In this document: positions 11,612 through 22,906 of the stretch, in pieces | Layout: the number at the start of each line of letters is the position of its first letter | Position numbering within the stretch: the stretch's first letter is position 1 | Sequence record: SRR31156797_2200 | Strand: one strand, 5' to 3' | Length of the DNA: 64,000 nt | The notes under the pieces: generated by a model | The model's database searches: none | The model's input: the letters and a program-made list of their open reading frames with translations, nothing else | What the model was told of the DNA's origin: nothing | Position numbers and translations under genes: made by a program

Positions 11612-12841
11612 GTGAAAATACTTATCCCATCTCACTGCCTTGAGATTACGGGGGAAGTTCAACAGGTGTTACTGCTTGCTGCTAAGCAAGGTTTTGATAT
11701 CAGTAATATTGAGTTGGGTGTGAGCCCAACTCAGTTCATTCAGCTTGTTGAAACAAAAACTTCTCTTATCGCAACTAACTTGTTTGAGCAGACCAACGTT
11801 AGCTATCAAGAAGCCGACACTTTCTTTTTTTATGCTGATCAACATGTTTCGGCTAGCAATAGGGAGTGTCACCTCAATGAAGTCACGCTTGGTACTAACT
11901 ATGATGGAAGATTGGTTGATAAATGGCAGCATCTCGGAGTAGAAACATTATTAGTCCATAAGCCCTCATTGTCTGAGAACCCATTACCAGAGAACGAACG
12001 TTGGCGTCATTTTTCTTGGGTTGTTACTGGCTTAGCTTTGGATTTTCCTTTAGAGGATGCGTTGGTTTTAAGCCGTGCAGCAATGAATGTTTCACGTGAA
12101 ACATGGCCAACCCAGTTTAGTTCGTTCCCTGATATTGAACAGCCGTCAGATCCAAAAACAAACCCGGTATTTTCGACTTTGGATAAACAATCTCTAGGTT
12201 TGTATCCTGTTGTGGATAGCGTTGACTGGGTGAGGATGTTGTTATCCTTAGGTGTTAAAACTGTCCAGTTAAGAATAAAAGATCCGCACGAACCGACTTT
12301 AGAGCAGCAGATTATTGAGTCGATTCAATTGGGTAGAAAATATAACGCTCAAGTGTTTATCAATGATTATTGGCAGCTGGCTATTAAACATGGGGCGTTT
12401 GGTGTTCACTTAGGACAAGAAGACGTACTGGAGGCGGACCTTAAACTTATCGCCAGTAAAGGCATTAAGCTCGGACTTTCCACCCACGGTTATTTCGAAT
12501 TACTACGAATACATCAACTATCACCAAGTTATATCGCTCTTGGACATATATTCCCAACCACTACCAAACAGATGCCATCCAAGCCACAAGGGTTGGTTCG
12601 TTTATCTCTGTATCAGAAGCTGCTAGCGAGTATGCCTTATGGTTTTTCTTTTGGTGTACCGAGTGTTGCTATTGGTGGAATCGATCTGGGTAATATCGAA
12701 CAGGTATTAAATCAGGGGGTATCGAGCGTGGCGGTTGTGCGAGCGATTACAGAGTCCAATAACGTTCCATCTGCTGTCGAACAATTGCAAAGTAAGCTTA
12801 AACAAAGTAACGCCTGGAAGGAGGTTTCAGATGTTATCTGA
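11612..12841 (+). CDS. thiE: Thiamine-phosphate synthase with N-terminal extension
   Basis: VQLRIK, FINDYW, GVHLGQED, GLSTH, FPTTTK and VAIGGI motifs. Confidence 0.9.
   Translation: MKILIPSHCLEITGEVQQVLLLAAKQGFDISNIELGVSPTQFIQLVETKTSLIATNLFEQTNVSYQEADTFFFYADQHVSASNRECHLNEVTLGTNYDGRLVDKWQHLGVETLLVHKPSLSENPLPENERWRHFSWVVTGLALDFPLEDALVLSRAAMNVSRETWPTQFSSFPDIEQPSDPKTNPVFSTLDKQSLGLYPVVDSVDWVRMLLSLGVKTVQLRIKDPHEPTLEQQIIESIQLGRKYNAQVFINDYWQLAIKHGAFGVHLGQEDVLEADLKLIASKGIKLGLSTHGYFELLRIHQLSPSYIALGHIFPTTTKQMPSKPQGLVRLSLYQKLLASMPYGFSFGVPSVAIGGIDLGNIEQVLNQGVSSVAVVRAITESNNVPSAVEQLQSKLKQSNAWKEVSDVI
12088..12103. other. parS centromere site inside thiE
   Basis: Perfect TGTTTCACGTGAAACA. Confidence 0.9.
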
Positions 12842-13634
12842 TAACTCATTTAATAGGTATCAGCGAATGATTTGTTTGCCGGAAGTCGCTGAGCTAGGGC
12901 AACAAAAATTGTGTGACGCATCTGTGCTGATTATTGGTTGTGGCGGGTTAGGTAATGCTGCGGCTTTGTATTTAGCGGCATCCGGCATAGGCAAATTGGT
13001 TATTTGTGATGATGACCAGGTTGAGATATCCAACCTATCTCGTCAGATTGCATTCAGAAGTGAGCATGTATCACAACCCAAAGTCGATGCGTTGGCACAA
13101 CAACTTAAAGCCCTAAACCCGGATTGTCATGTTAGGACGGTTAAACGGAGGATGGATAATAAGTTGCTGCCGTTGGAAATTGAAATGGCCGACTTAGTGC
13201 TGGATTGCTCGGATAACTTGAACACTCGCCACTTAATTAACAGATCCTGTTTTGATGCACGAGTCGCTTTGATATCCGGTGCTGCTATTGGCTGGAACGG
13301 ACAGATAATCGCTTTTGATTTCGCATCCAGAAAAGCGCATCAGGGTTGTTACGCCTGCATGGTACCCATTGATCAAAATGACCAGATAGGTAATTGCACG
13401 GAGTTAGGTGTTGTAGGTCCAGTAGTCGGGACTATCGGTAATTTACAAGCGTTGTTAGCACTTCAATACATTATCGGTCTTGCCGAGTTTAAACCTTATC
13501 AATTACATCAGTTTGATGGGAAAAACATGCAATGGCATCAATGGGGCTTGTTAGCTGATCCGTGTTGTTCGGTATGTGGATTAAATCAAAAGAGTGATGT
13601 TAGTGATAATGCTGAGGAGGCCTCATGGTTATAA
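12831..13634 (+). CDS. thiF: ThiS adenylyltransferase (ThiF/MoeB family)
   Basis: IIGCGGLG, SNLSRQ, DCSDN and CxxC pairs; ATG at 12831 after GGAGG. Confidence 0.92.
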   Translation: MLSDNSFNRYQRMICLPEVAELGQQKLCDASVLIIGCGGLGNAAALYLAASGIGKLVICDDDQVEISNLSRQIAFRSEHVSQPKVDALAQQLKALNPDCHVRTVKRRMDNKLLPLEIEMADLVLDCSDNLNTRHLINRSCFDARVALISGAAIGWNGQIIAFDFASRKAHQGCYACMVPIDQNDQIGNCTELGVVGPVVGTIGNLQALLALQYIIGLAEFKPYQLHQFDGKNMQWHQWGLLADPCCSVCGLNQKSDVSDNAEEASWL

Positions 13635-13831
13635 CCGTCTTGGTAAACAACGTAGCAAAACAAGTTGAAGAAAGCAGTACGTTAGCATCCTTACAGCAGC
13701 AACTCGAACTGCCCACTCACGGGTGCGTCTTTGCTATCAATGAGCAAATTATTCCGAAAGGTCTGTGGCCAACTAAAACTTTAAACGAAGGCGACCAGAT
13801 ATCTTTATTCCAAGCGATAGCAGGAGGCTAG
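13625..13831 (+). CDS. thiS: Sulfur carrier protein
   Basis: 68 aa ending in AIAGG, within the thi operon. Confidence 0.93.
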   Translation: MVITVLVNNVAKQVEESSTLASLQQQLELPTHGCVFAINEQIIPKGLWPTKTLNEGDQISLFQAIAGG

Positions 13832-13832
13832 C

Positions 13833-14633
13833 GTGATGTTGACTGAAAGCAATATAAAACCGAGTTATTTAAACATAGCGGGTAAGAACTTTTCCTCTCG
13901 CTTGTTAACAGGCACTGGCAAATTCTCAAATCGCGAAGTGATGGCGGAAGCGATCAAGGCTTGCGAATCTGAGCTGGTAACTATGGCGTTAAAGCGAGTC
14001 AATCTAGACTCACGTGACGATGATATTTTGTCTCCTTTAATTGAAGCGGGTGTAAACCTGCTGCCTAATACCTCAGGTGCCAAAAATGCTAAAGATGCCG
14101 TGTTCGCTGCTCACTTAGCTAGAGAGGCATTGGGGACTAACTGGCTAAAATTGGAAATTCACCCAGACCCAAAATACCTAATGCCAGACCCAATAGAAAC
14201 GTTACTCGCTGCAGAGCAGTTGGTGAAAGATGGTTTTATTGTCCTGCCATATTGTCACGCTGACCCCGTTTTGTGTAAACGGTTAGAGCAAGTTGGTTGT
14301 GCTGCTGTGATGCCGCTTGGTGCACCTATTGGTACAAATAAAGGATTAGTATCGAAAGAGTTTCTTGAAATCATCATCGATCAAGCGAATGTCCCCGTTA
14401 TCGTTGATGCCGGTATTGGTGCTCCCTCTGACGCAGCATTAGCAATGGAGCTTGGTGCAGATGCAGTGTTGGTTAACACGGCGATTGCGACCGCTGCTGA
14501 TCCAGTAGTGATGGCAAAGGCGTTCAAGCTGGCTGTTGAATCTGGCCGAATGGCATTTGAAAGTGGTTTAGCGAGTAAGATGAATCATGCGGTTGCTTCT
14601 AGTCCCTTTACGGATTTCCTTGGAGGTGCGTAA
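13833..14633 (+). CDS. thiG: Thiazole synthase
   Basis: [22 protein letters not shown] and [11 protein letters not shown] motifs. Confidence 0.96.
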   Translation: MMLTESNIKPSYLNIAGKNFSSRLLTGTGKFSNREVMAEAIKACESELVTMALKRVNLDSRDDDILSPLIEAGVNLLPNTSGAKNAKDAVFAAHLAREALGTNWLKLEIHPDPKYLMPDPIETLLAAEQLVKDGFIVLPYCHADPVLCKRLEQVGCAAVMPLGAPIGTNKGLVSKEFLEIIIDQANVPVIVDAGIGAPSDAALAMELGADAVLVNTAIATAADPVVMAKAFKLAVESGRMAFESGLASKMNHAVASSPFTDFLGGA

Positions 14634-15745
14634 TGAGCTTCGTGGAACGCTTCAAGCAGTTTGATTGGGATGACATTAAACTGTCCATCTACAGCAAAAC
14701 GTCGAGCGATGTTGAAAGGGCATTAACGAAAGACAAGCGCAACTTGGAAGATTTTAAAGCACTGATTTCTCCTGCTGCAGAACCCTATTTGGAGCAGATG
14801 GCGCAACAGTCTTACCTAAAAACGCGTCAGCGTTTTGGTAATACCATGTCGTTTTATGTTCCTCTTTATCTATCCAATCTATGCAGTAATGACTGTACTT
14901 ATTGTGGCTTCTCTATGGGTAATCGTATTAAGCGTAAAACCTTAACCGAGGATGAAATTGAGGCTGAAGTTGGCGCGATCAAACAGATGGGGTTTGATAG
15001 TGTGTTGTTGGTGACAGGAGAGCACGAAACTAAAGTTGGGATGGATTACTTTCGAACCGCGGTTCCTCTGATTAAGTCATCGTTTAACTATCTCAGTATG
15101 GAAGTCCAGCCCCTTGAGCAACAAGAATATGCCGAACTAAAAACGTTAGGTTTAGATGCCGTAATGGTTTATCAGGAAACATATCATCCTTCCACTTATA
15201 GTAAACACCATTTACGTGGTAAGAAGATGGATTTCCTGTATCGCTTAGATACGCCTGAAAGGTTAGCAAAAGCGGGCATTGATAAAATTGGTTTGGGCGC
15301 GCTAATCGGTTTAGAAGATTGGCGAACTGACTGTTTTCATGTTGCTGCCCATATCGACTATTTGGAAAAGGCGTACTGGCAAAGTCGTTACTCGATTTCG
15401 TTTCCACGTTTAAGACCCTGTGCCGGGTCTTTACAGCCTAAGTCGGTAATGAGTGATAAGCAGTTGGTACAACTTATTTGTGCTTACCGATTGTGGAATG
15501 GTGAGGTTGAGCTATCACTTTCTACGCGAGAATCTCCTAACTTTAGAGATAACGCTTCGGTGTTGGGAATTACTAGTATCTCTGCTGCATCAAAAACGCA
15601 GCCTGGGGGATATGCTAATTCAGAGGTTGAGCTCGAACAGTTTGCTATCAGCGATGAACGCTCTGCGAATGACGTTGCTCTAGCGATGAAGAGCAAAGGA
15701 TTGGAAGCGGTTTGGCAAGATTGGCACTCTGCATACTCAGGGTAG
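14633..15745 (+). CDS. thiH: 2-iminoacetate synthase (radical SAM)
   Basis: PLYLSNLCSNDCTYCGF, YQETY and SFPRLRP motifs. Confidence 0.96.
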   Translation: MSFVERFKQFDWDDIKLSIYSKTSSDVERALTKDKRNLEDFKALISPAAEPYLEQMAQQSYLKTRQRFGNTMSFYVPLYLSNLCSNDCTYCGFSMGNRIKRKTLTEDEIEAEVGAIKQMGFDSVLLVTGEHETKVGMDYFRTAVPLIKSSFNYLSMEVQPLEQQEYAELKTLGLDAVMVYQETYHPSTYSKHHLRGKKMDFLYRLDTPERLAKAGIDKIGLGALIGLEDWRTDCFHVAAHIDYLEKAYWQSRYSISFPRLRPCAGSLQPKSVMSDKQLVQLICAYRLWNGEVELSLSTRESPNFRDNASVLGITSISAASKTQPGGYANSEVELEQFAISDERSANDVALAMKSKGLEAVWQDWHSAYSG

Positions 15746-15754
15746 AGATGGAGA

Positions 15755-15770
15755 TGTTTCACGTGAAACA
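15755..15770. other. parS centromere site
   Basis: Perfect TGTTTCACGTGAAACA. Confidence 0.9.
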
Positions 15771-15771
15771 T

Positions 15772-15797
15772 AAAAAAGGCGACTGTACAGTCGCCTT
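15772..15797. terminator. Intrinsic terminator between convergent thiH and proV
   Basis: AAAAAAGGCGACTGTACAGTCGCCTT hairpin with an A/T tract. Confidence 0.75.
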
Positions 15798-15823
15798 AAT
15801 TGTATCTATAACGAAGTGAGCTA

Positions 15824-17008
15824 TTACGCAGCGAGCTCTTGATTATACTTACCAAGTAACGCGTGGTAGAAATCATGATCACTTAAAGTACCCACCAATT
15901 GACCATCTTCAATAAGTACAATTGGGTTGCCGGTATGGTAGCGAATCTCAATAGCTTTGCGCATATCTATATTAGGTGAAGCGACAACGAGCGAGTCTTT
16001 TGATAGCTCCTCGAAGCTAACCGTATCATTCCACTCAATAAGCTTAAGATCTGTTGAAGCTGACACACTCCAATCGTTGTCGTTCTTCTCTAACCAAATG
16101 TCTGCCTGTTGGCAAATCTGCCAGCGACCAGACTCTTGCTTTAGCTCTTCGCAGCTGTTCATTAAAGAGCGTCCTTTAAGAACATTGAGTGGGTTAGTGT
16201 GAGAAACGAAATCCTGTACATATTGTGTTTCTGGGGTAAGAACTATTTCTTCAGGTTTGCCGTATTGGATCAGTTTGCCCGACTCCATAATCGCAATACG
16301 TGAGCCAATCTTAAGTGCTTCATCCAAATCGTGACTAACAAATACAATCGTTTTGTTGAGTCGTTTTTGCAGGCTTAATAGCTCATCTTGAAGCTGTGTT
16401 CTGATCAATGGGTCGAGTGCAGAAAAGGGCTCATCCATTAGCAAAATGTCACTATCCATAGCAAACGCACGCGCCAGACCTACACGCTGCTGCATACCTC
16501 CGGACAGCTCATGAGGTAGCTTATCTTCCCATTCTGCCAGGCCGACCATTTCAAGCTTTTCACGAGCGCGTTCGCGGCGTTCTTTTTTACTCATACCTTG
16601 CATTTCTAGGCCGAAAGCAACGTTATCTAAAACACTTAACCATGGCATCAAAGCAAACTTTTGGAACACCATCGAAACCTTGTGCGTTCTAAGTTCACGA
16701 AGAGTCGTTTCGTTGCAGGTCGCTAAATCTATACTTTGACCCTTGTCCTGAACCACAAGCGAGCCTCGGGTAATCGGATTTAAACCGTTAATCGCACGAA
16801 GTAAGCTAGATTTACCTGAGCCAGATAACCCCATCAGTACACAGATCTCACCTTGGTTTACATCAAGACTAACGTTATCAACACCCACGACCAAACCTGT
16901 CGCGTCGATAATTTCCTGACGAGATTTACCTTGATCAAGTAACTCAGTAGCTGCAGCCGTCTGATCACCAAACACCACATCCAGATTTTCGATATTAATG
17001 GCTTTCAT
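15824..17008 (-). CDS. proV: Choline/glycine betaine ABC transporter ATPase (ProV/ChoV)
   Basis: MGLSGSGKS, LSGGMQQRVGLARA and DEPFSALDPLIR motifs. Confidence 0.9.
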   Translation of the reverse strand: MKAINIENLDVVFGDQTAAATELLDQGKSRQEIIDATGLVVGVDNVSLDVNQGEICVLMGLSGSGKSSLLRAINGLNPITRGSLVVQDKGQSIDLATCNETTLRELRTHKVSMVFQKFALMPWLSVLDNVAFGLEMQGMSKKERRERAREKLEMVGLAEWEDKLPHELSGGMQQRVGLARAFAMDSDILLMDEPFSALDPLIRTQLQDELLSLQKRLNKTIVFVSHDLDEALKIGSRIAIMESGKLIQYGKPEEIVLTPETQYVQDFVSHTNPLNVLKGRSLMNSCEELKQESGRWQICQQADIWLEKNDNDWSVSASTDLKLIEWNDTVSFEELSKDSLVVASPNIDMRKAIEIRYHTGNPIVLIEDGQLVGTLSDHDFYHALLGKYNQELAA

Positions 17009-17853
17009 TACGATACCTCTTTGCTGTTAGGTGCTTTACATAGGCGATCCAGGATGATGGCAACCAGTACAATGGCTAAACCTGCTTCGAACCCTTGAGA
17101 AATATTTACTGTGTTCAATGCGCGAACGACAGGCTTACCTAAACCGTCAGCACCAACAAGCGCGGCGATTACAACCATAGATAGAGATAGCATGATGCAT
17201 TGGGTAATGCCCGCCATGATGCTTGGTAAAGCGGCTGGCAGTTCTACTTTGTAGAGCAGTTTAGCTCGGTTAGCGCCGAACGCTTTACCCGCTTCAATAA
17301 GCTCTTCGGGCACTCGAGTCACACCCAAATAGGTCAAACGAATCGGAGCCGCAATGGCAAAGATGATGGTAGAAATCAGCCCCGGAACGACACCCAAACC
17401 GAACAGTACTAATGTTGGAATTAGGTAGACGAATGTTGGTACTGTCTGCATTAAGTCCAGAATCGGACGCATCAGGGTATAAACCCATGGACGGTGTGCA
17501 GCCATGATGCCCAGTGGAACGCCAATTAATACGGAAATCGTTGTCGCGGAGAAAACCATAACAAAGGTTTCCAGCATTTCTTGCCAGTAGCCGAGGTTTA
17601 AGATCAGCAACAGAGCTGCGATGATAAACACAACTAACGAAACACTGCGGTGCAACCACCATGCAATAGCGGCGGTTAGAATAATGGGAACTGCTGGTGG
17701 CATCCATTTGAAGACATCAACCAACAACATAATGATGTTTTCAAGTAAGAATGAAATAGTGTCAAAGAAACCAGAGGCATTAATTGTGAGCCAGTCGACC
17801 CCGGTTTCCATCCAACTTCCTAATGGGATTTTATGCTCAGTAATTATAGTCAC
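17008..17853 (-). CDS. proW: Choline/glycine betaine ABC permease (ProW/ChoW)
   Basis: PILDLMQTVPTFVYLIP, EAGKAFG and LSMVVIAALVG motifs. Confidence 0.9.
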   Translation of the reverse strand: MTIITEHKIPLGSWMETGVDWLTINASGFFDTISFLLENIIMLLVDVFKWMPPAVPIILTAAIAWWLHRSVSLVVFIIAALLLILNLGYWQEMLETFVMVFSATTISVLIGVPLGIMAAHRPWVYTLMRPILDLMQTVPTFVYLIPTLVLFGLGVVPGLISTIIFAIAAPIRLTYLGVTRVPEELIEAGKAFGANRAKLLYKVELPAALPSIMAGITQCIMLSLSMVVIAALVGADGLGKPVVRALNTVNISQGFEAGLAIVLVAIILDRLCKAPNSKEVS

Positions 17854-17901
17854 GAGAATTCCTTATGTGTCGGCAGGGCGTATAGCCCTGCCAACTATTT
17901 G

Positions 17902-18831
17902 TTAAGCGTCTGTATTTAAATATGCGGTTACCGCGTCTACAGCGGGTTTACCGTCTTTAGTCGTCACTTTTTCAAGCCATTGTTCAATAGCTTGCGGATT
18001 AGCACGTAGCCATTCCTGAGCCGCTTTTGATGGTTGTTTCTTCTCGTTAAGAATGGCTTCCATCAAAACGTTTTCCATATCAAGGCTAAACGACAGATTT
18101 GTCAGTAATTGACCAACATTCGGGCACTGAGTGGTGTAGTCTTTGCGTACGTTGGTGTATACGTTCGCGCCGCCGTAGTTAGGGCCGAAATAGTCATCGC
18201 CGCCAGCTAGGTATTCCATTTCAACATTGCTGTTCATTGGGTGTGGTGCCCAGCCTAAGAACGCAATCCATTCGTTGCGACGAACCGCGCGCTTAACCTG
18301 AGAGACCATGCCAGCTTCGCTGGATTCAACCAGCTTGAAGCCTTTGAGGTCGAACGCATTGCTATCAATCATTGACTGGATTAGGCGGTTTCCGTCGTTA
18401 CCTGGTTCAATACCGTAGATACGATCTTTGAATTCATCCGCATGCTTTGCAATATCAGCAAAGGACTTCACGCCAGCGTCGTAAACGTATTTAGGTACTG
18501 CCAGTGTGTACTTAGCGCCTTCGAGGTTGGCACGAATGGTTTCAACTGTGCCGGCATCACGATATTTCGCGATGTCGCCTTCCATGGTTGGCATCCAGTT
18601 ACCTAAGAAAATGTCGATATCGCCATTGGCCATAGAAGAGTAGGTAACAGGGACGGATAAAAGGTCAGTTTTAGTTTCGTAACCTAAACCTTTTAGTACT
18701 TCAGTTGTGATAGCCGTTGTTGCGGTAATATCGGTCCAGCCGACATCAGCAAAACGCACTGTGTCACAGGTGTTAGCATAAGTGTTGAACGACAGCATTG
18801 TTGCAGCTGCTAGAGTAATGACTTTACGCAT
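17902..18831 (-). CDS. proX: Choline/betaine ABC substrate-binding protein (ProX/ChoX)
   Basis: Signal peptide; DVGWTD, GNWMP, GIEPGNDGN and GWAPHPMN motifs. Confidence 0.88.
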   Translation of the reverse strand: MRKVITLAAATMLSFNTYANTCDTVRFADVGWTDITATTAITTEVLKGLGYETKTDLLSVPVTYSSMANGDIDIFLGNWMPTMEGDIAKYRDAGTVETIRANLEGAKYTLAVPKYVYDAGVKSFADIAKHADEFKDRIYGIEPGNDGNRLIQSMIDSNAFDLKGFKLVESSEAGMVSQVKRAVRRNEWIAFLGWAPHPMNSNVEMEYLAGGDDYFGPNYGGANVYTNVRKDYTTQCPNVGQLLTNLSFSLDMENVLMEAILNEKKQPSKAAQEWLRANPQAIEQWLEKVTTKDGKPAVDAVTAYLNTDA

Positions 18832-18840
18832 TTTATTTCC

Positions 18841-20565
18841 TTATTGATCTTTGATTTCCGAAGATTGAAGGGAGTCCAATGAGCGTTTTGGTGGGTTTTC
18901 GCGCTGGTCTTGTTGCCAGTTTTGTGCGATCCACACTGGAGCTTGCTCTGGAGTTAAAAGAGAGTTTCCTAAAATGATGTCTGCAGCACGCTCTGCAACC
19001 ATGATGGTAGGCGCGTTGAGATTACCGTTAGGAATGGTTGGGAAAATCGATGAATCCACCACACGTAGTGACTGAATACCGCGAACACGACATTCACTGT
19101 CCAGTACTGCCATCGGGTCATTATCTGAGCCCATTTTGCAGCTACAAGAAGGGTGGTAAGCACTTTCAACATTCTGCTTAACCCATGCATCGATCTCTTC
19201 ATCAGAAGAAACATGGAAGCCAGGCTGGATCTCATCGCCACGATATTTGTCTAAAGCGGGTTGCGCTAATATCTCGCGAGTTAAGCGGATACAATCACGC
19301 CAGTCCTGAATATCTTGCTGCTCAGATAAATAGCGGAACAGAATGCCTGGTTTGTCTGATGGGTCGTTCGAACGAATCCAAACTTGACCACGGCTAAGCG
19401 GCTTATTTGGACCCACGTGTACCTGGAAACCGTGCCCATCAAAGGCAGTACGGCCGTCGTAACGCATTGCTGCAGGTAAGAAGTGATATTGAATATTCGG
19501 CCATTTCAGACCTGGCCTTGAGCGAATGAATGCACAAGACTCAAAGTGGTTAGTGGCACCCAGACCTGTTTTAGTCAGGATCCATTCTGTACCGATTAAT
19601 CCTTTGCTGATTAAGCCAAGCTTGCTATTTAACGTAATAGGCTCTTCACAGCGGTATTGGAAGTAAACTTCCAAGTGATCCTGTAGGTTTTGACCCACAC
19701 CCGGTAGCTCATGCTTAACTTCTACACCCGCATTTTCCAATACATCGCGAGGTCCGATACCGGATAACTGCAGCAGTTGAACAGAACCAATTGAACCGGC
19801 ACTAGAAATCACTTCTAGGTTTGAATGTACGGTTTTAATCTGGCCTTTATGCTCGAACTCGACACCGACAGCTTTACTGTTTTCGATAATAATTTTACGA
19901 GTAAGAACACCTTTAAGCAGCGTCAGGTTAGGGCGTTTAAGAGCGCGTCGCAGATAAGCATTCGATGTTGAAGCGCGGACACCTTTATCCACCGTCATAT
20001 GCATTGGGCCAAAGCCTTCCTGCTGATAACCGTTATAATCGTTTGTTGCTGGATATCCCGCTTCTTCACCGGCATCAATGAATGCCTGATAAAGAGGATT
20101 TAGCTCCATATCGTTACCGTTACAGGTCGCTAACGGGCCGTTACCGCCACGGTACTTATCGCTTCCATGAATCCAGGTTTCTGCTTTCTTGAAATAAGGC
20201 AGACATGAGGCATAGTCCCATCCATTGGCACCTTGTTGTTGCCATTCATCAAAGTCACAAGCGTGACCACGAACATAAACCATGCCATTAATCGATGAAC
20301 TACCACCGAGGACTTTACCACGTGGGCAGTGCAGTTGACGGCCGTCTAAACCAGGCTCTTCGATAGATTCGAATTGCCATGCATATTTCGGAGTGTTCAT
20401 TGGGTACGACAGAGCCGTTGGCATCTGAATAAAGATACTCTTATCGCTGCCGCCTGCTTCAAGTAACAAAACGGAATGCTCGCCACTTTCCGTCAAACGG
20501 TCAGCAAGAACGCAGCCCGCTGAACCCGCACCAATAACGATATAATCAAAGTGTTGTTTCATCAT
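18841..20565 (-). CDS. betA: Choline dehydrogenase
   Basis: GMC oxidoreductase motifs [26 protein letters not shown] and GNLNAPT. Confidence 0.96.
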   Translation of the reverse strand: MMKQHFDYIVIGAGSAGCVLADRLTESGEHSVLLLEAGGSDKSIFIQMPTALSYPMNTPKYAWQFESIEEPGLDGRQLHCPRGKVLGGSSSINGMVYVRGHACDFDEWQQQGANGWDYASCLPYFKKAETWIHGSDKYRGGNGPLATCNGNDMELNPLYQAFIDAGEEAGYPATNDYNGYQQEGFGPMHMTVDKGVRASTSNAYLRRALKRPNLTLLKGVLTRKIIIENSKAVGVEFEHKGQIKTVHSNLEVISSAGSIGSVQLLQLSGIGPRDVLENAGVEVKHELPGVGQNLQDHLEVYFQYRCEEPITLNSKLGLISKGLIGTEWILTKTGLGATNHFESCAFIRSRPGLKWPNIQYHFLPAAMRYDGRTAFDGHGFQVHVGPNKPLSRGQVWIRSNDPSDKPGILFRYLSEQQDIQDWRDCIRLTREILAQPALDKYRGDEIQPGFHVSSDEEIDAWVKQNVESAYHPSCSCKMGSDNDPMAVLDSECRVRGIQSLRVVDSSIFPTIPNGNLNAPTIMVAERAADIILGNSLLTPEQAPVWIAQNWQQDQRENPPKRSLDSLQSSEIKDQ

Positions 20566-20571
20566 ATATCC

Positions 20572-22032
20572 TTATTCGTACGCACCAACGTAGTCATCCA
20601 GCTCGATTAGGATGCTCTTGGTTTGTGTATAGTGATTGAGTGTTTCGATACCGTTTTCGCGGCCAACACCCGAAAGTTTGTATCCGCCAACTGGCATTGG
20701 CGCAGGAGAGTCACCCCAGGTGTTAATCCAGCAAATTCCAGCCTGTAGCTGGTGGATTACACGGTGTGCTCGTGAAATATTTTGTGTGAATACACCAGCT
20801 GCCAATCCGTAATCGGTATTGTTTGCTCGCTGAATCGCTTCGTCTTCGTCGCTGAATTTAATGACCGCCATAACCGGGCCGAAAATTTCTTTCTGCACAA
20901 AGTCCATATCGTCCTGACAATCAACAAACACGGTTGGAGCAACAAAGTTACCTTTTGCCAGATCACCTTCAGTCACTTGGTAGCCACCTGTCAGTAATGT
21001 AGCTCCGCTGCTTTTCGCGCTTTCAATGGCTTCAAGAACCTTCGATAAATGCTCTTTCGAGATCAGTGCGCCGATTTGAGTTTGCGGATTTTGGGGATCG
21101 CCGACGATCAGCTTTTCAGTACGGGTTTTTACTTGGGCGATGAAGTCGTCATAAATGTTTTCATGAACGAAAACACGTGTACCGTTAGTACATACTTCGC
21201 CCTGAGTGTAGAAGTTTGCTGTCATTGCACCAGACACCGCTTGGTCTAATTTCGCGTCATCAAAAACAAGCAGCGGGGATTTACCACCCAGTTCCATGGT
21301 GACAGATTTCAGGCTTTGAGCACTGGCGGACATAACGGCTTTACCCGTACCGGTTTCGCCTGTGAATGACACTTTTGCGATATCAGGGTGCGCCGTTAGC
21401 ATTTGGCCAACACGTCCATCACCTTGAACAACGTTAAATACACCATCTGGTAGGCCAGCTTCGGTAAAAATTTCTGCCAGCTTAAGAGTGGTAAGTGGTG
21501 TCTCTTCTGATGGTTTGAAGATCATTGCGTTACCCGCAGCTAGCGCTGGAGCTGATTTCCACATAGCGATTTGGATTGGATAGTTCCAGGCTCCAATACC
21601 CGCACAAATGCCCAGAGGCTCTTTTCGCGTGTAAAAGAACTGGCTTTGTGAAAGCGGCTGTTGATCGCCCTGAAGAGCAGGAGCAAGGCCAGCAAAGTAT
21701 TCAATAACATCTGCGCCAGTCACAATATCAACGCAATCGGCTTCCTGAATCGGTTTACCAGTATCCAATACTTCTAAATTCGCCAGTTCATCGTTTCGTT
21801 CTCTAAGGATTGCGACAGCTTTTAGCAGAATACGGCTACGTTCTACAGCGGTCATGGCCGACCAAATTGCAAATCCACGTTTAGCGGAATCTACCGCAGC
21901 CTGAACATCTTGTTCACTTGCCTGACCTAAGGTGGCCAGTGGCTCGCCAGTTGCCGGGTTGTAGCTAATAAAAGTTTCGCCCGATGATGCCTGTCGATAG
22001 CGACCATCGATATAAAGAGATGCTTTTTCCAT
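20572..22032 (-). CDS. betB: Betaine aldehyde dehydrogenase
   Basis: [23 protein letters not shown] and EIFGPV motifs. Confidence 0.96.
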   Translation of the reverse strand: MEKASLYIDGRYRQASSGETFISYNPATGEPLATLGQASEQDVQAAVDSAKRGFAIWSAMTAVERSRILLKAVAILRERNDELANLEVLDTGKPIQEADCVDIVTGADVIEYFAGLAPALQGDQQPLSQSQFFYTRKEPLGICAGIGAWNYPIQIAMWKSAPALAAGNAMIFKPSEETPLTTLKLAEIFTEAGLPDGVFNVVQGDGRVGQMLTAHPDIAKVSFTGETGTGKAVMSASAQSLKSVTMELGGKSPLLVFDDAKLDQAVSGAMTANFYTQGEVCTNGTRVFVHENIYDDFIAQVKTRTEKLIVGDPQNPQTQIGALISKEHLSKVLEAIESAKSSGATLLTGGYQVTEGDLAKGNFVAPTVFVDCQDDMDFVQKEIFGPVMAVIKFSDEDEAIQRANNTDYGLAAGVFTQNISRAHRVIHQLQAGICWINTWGDSPAPMPVGGYKLSGVGRENGIETLNHYTQTKSILIELDDYVGAYE

Positions 22033-22040
22033 TTGAAGAC

Positions 22041-22643
22041 CTAACGAGTTGTTAGCGCGTGCTGCGCCAGTTGTAATTCTAAATAATCGTTAATAAGTGA
22101 ACGTGCTTGTTGAGCGTTTATACCCTGAGGGTTCATTGCCCCACGTAACCACACACCATCAATCAGAGCTGCTATACCGTGAGCTGCTTGCTTAACCTGT
22201 TGCTTTGGTAGCAGTTGTTTAAGCTCGATAGTGAGGTGAGACAGGAGCCTTTTTTCATTCACTCGTTGCAGTCGGTTGAGCTGCGCGTCGTGCATTGAGT
22301 ATGACCAGAAAGCTAACCATGTTTTTGCTACTTTGCTCGATGCCTGAAAATCAGAGAAGTTCGCTTCAACAATCGCATTGATACGCTTTTGGTGCTCATG
22401 CTTCGGTATACCTGATAGCAATTTCATTACCGTGACAGAGTGTTCACGTAAGATTGCGCGCATCGTCTCTTCGAGCAGGCCGTGCTTACCGCCAAAGTAG
22501 TGATTGATAATTCCTGTTGATACACCAGCTTCACGGCTAATTAACGCGATACTTGCTGCGTGTAAACCAACGCGTTCAATGACCGTCATGGTCGCATTGA
22601 CGAGCTGTGGTTTTCGTATGCTAGGCATTCCAACTTTAGGCAC
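22041..22643 (-). CDS. betI: TetR-family choline-responsive repressor
   Basis: [14 protein letters not shown]-terminus and ALIDGVWLR; likely GTG start at 22643 after AAGGAG. Confidence 0.93.
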   Translation of the reverse strand: MPKVGMPSIRKPQLVNATMTVIERVGLHAASIALISREAGVSTGIINHYFGGKHGLLEETMRAILREHSVTVMKLLSGIPKHEHQKRINAIVEANFSDFQASSKVAKTWLAFWSYSMHDAQLNRLQRVNEKRLLSHLTIELKQLLPKQQVKQAAHGIAALIDGVWLRGAMNPQGINAQQARSLINDYLELQLAQHALTTR

Positions 22644-22661
22644 AATCACTCCTTAATTTTT

Positions 22662-22681
22662 TTAATTGAACGATTAGTTAA
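22662..22681. promoter_or_regulatory. Putative BetI operator
   Basis: Imperfect palindrome TTAATTGAACGATTAGTTAA just upstream of betI. Confidence 0.6.
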
Positions 22682-22906
22682 ATATAAGTTAAACAAAATA
22701 ATCGTTAGATCTCAAATTAATTTTTAGGGTGTTGTTTGATGTTTGGGTAGGTTGGTGGTTATAAATTTATTTAAAATCAGCTAGTTGAGAGGTGTTTGGG
22801 ATAGGTGAAATTATTTTAATGATTAGAGTTGAATTGTTTAGTGAAGAAATAAAAAAATCCCTTAGCGATTTTTCACTAAGGGATTGATTTTAAGGTGAAT
22901 GAAATG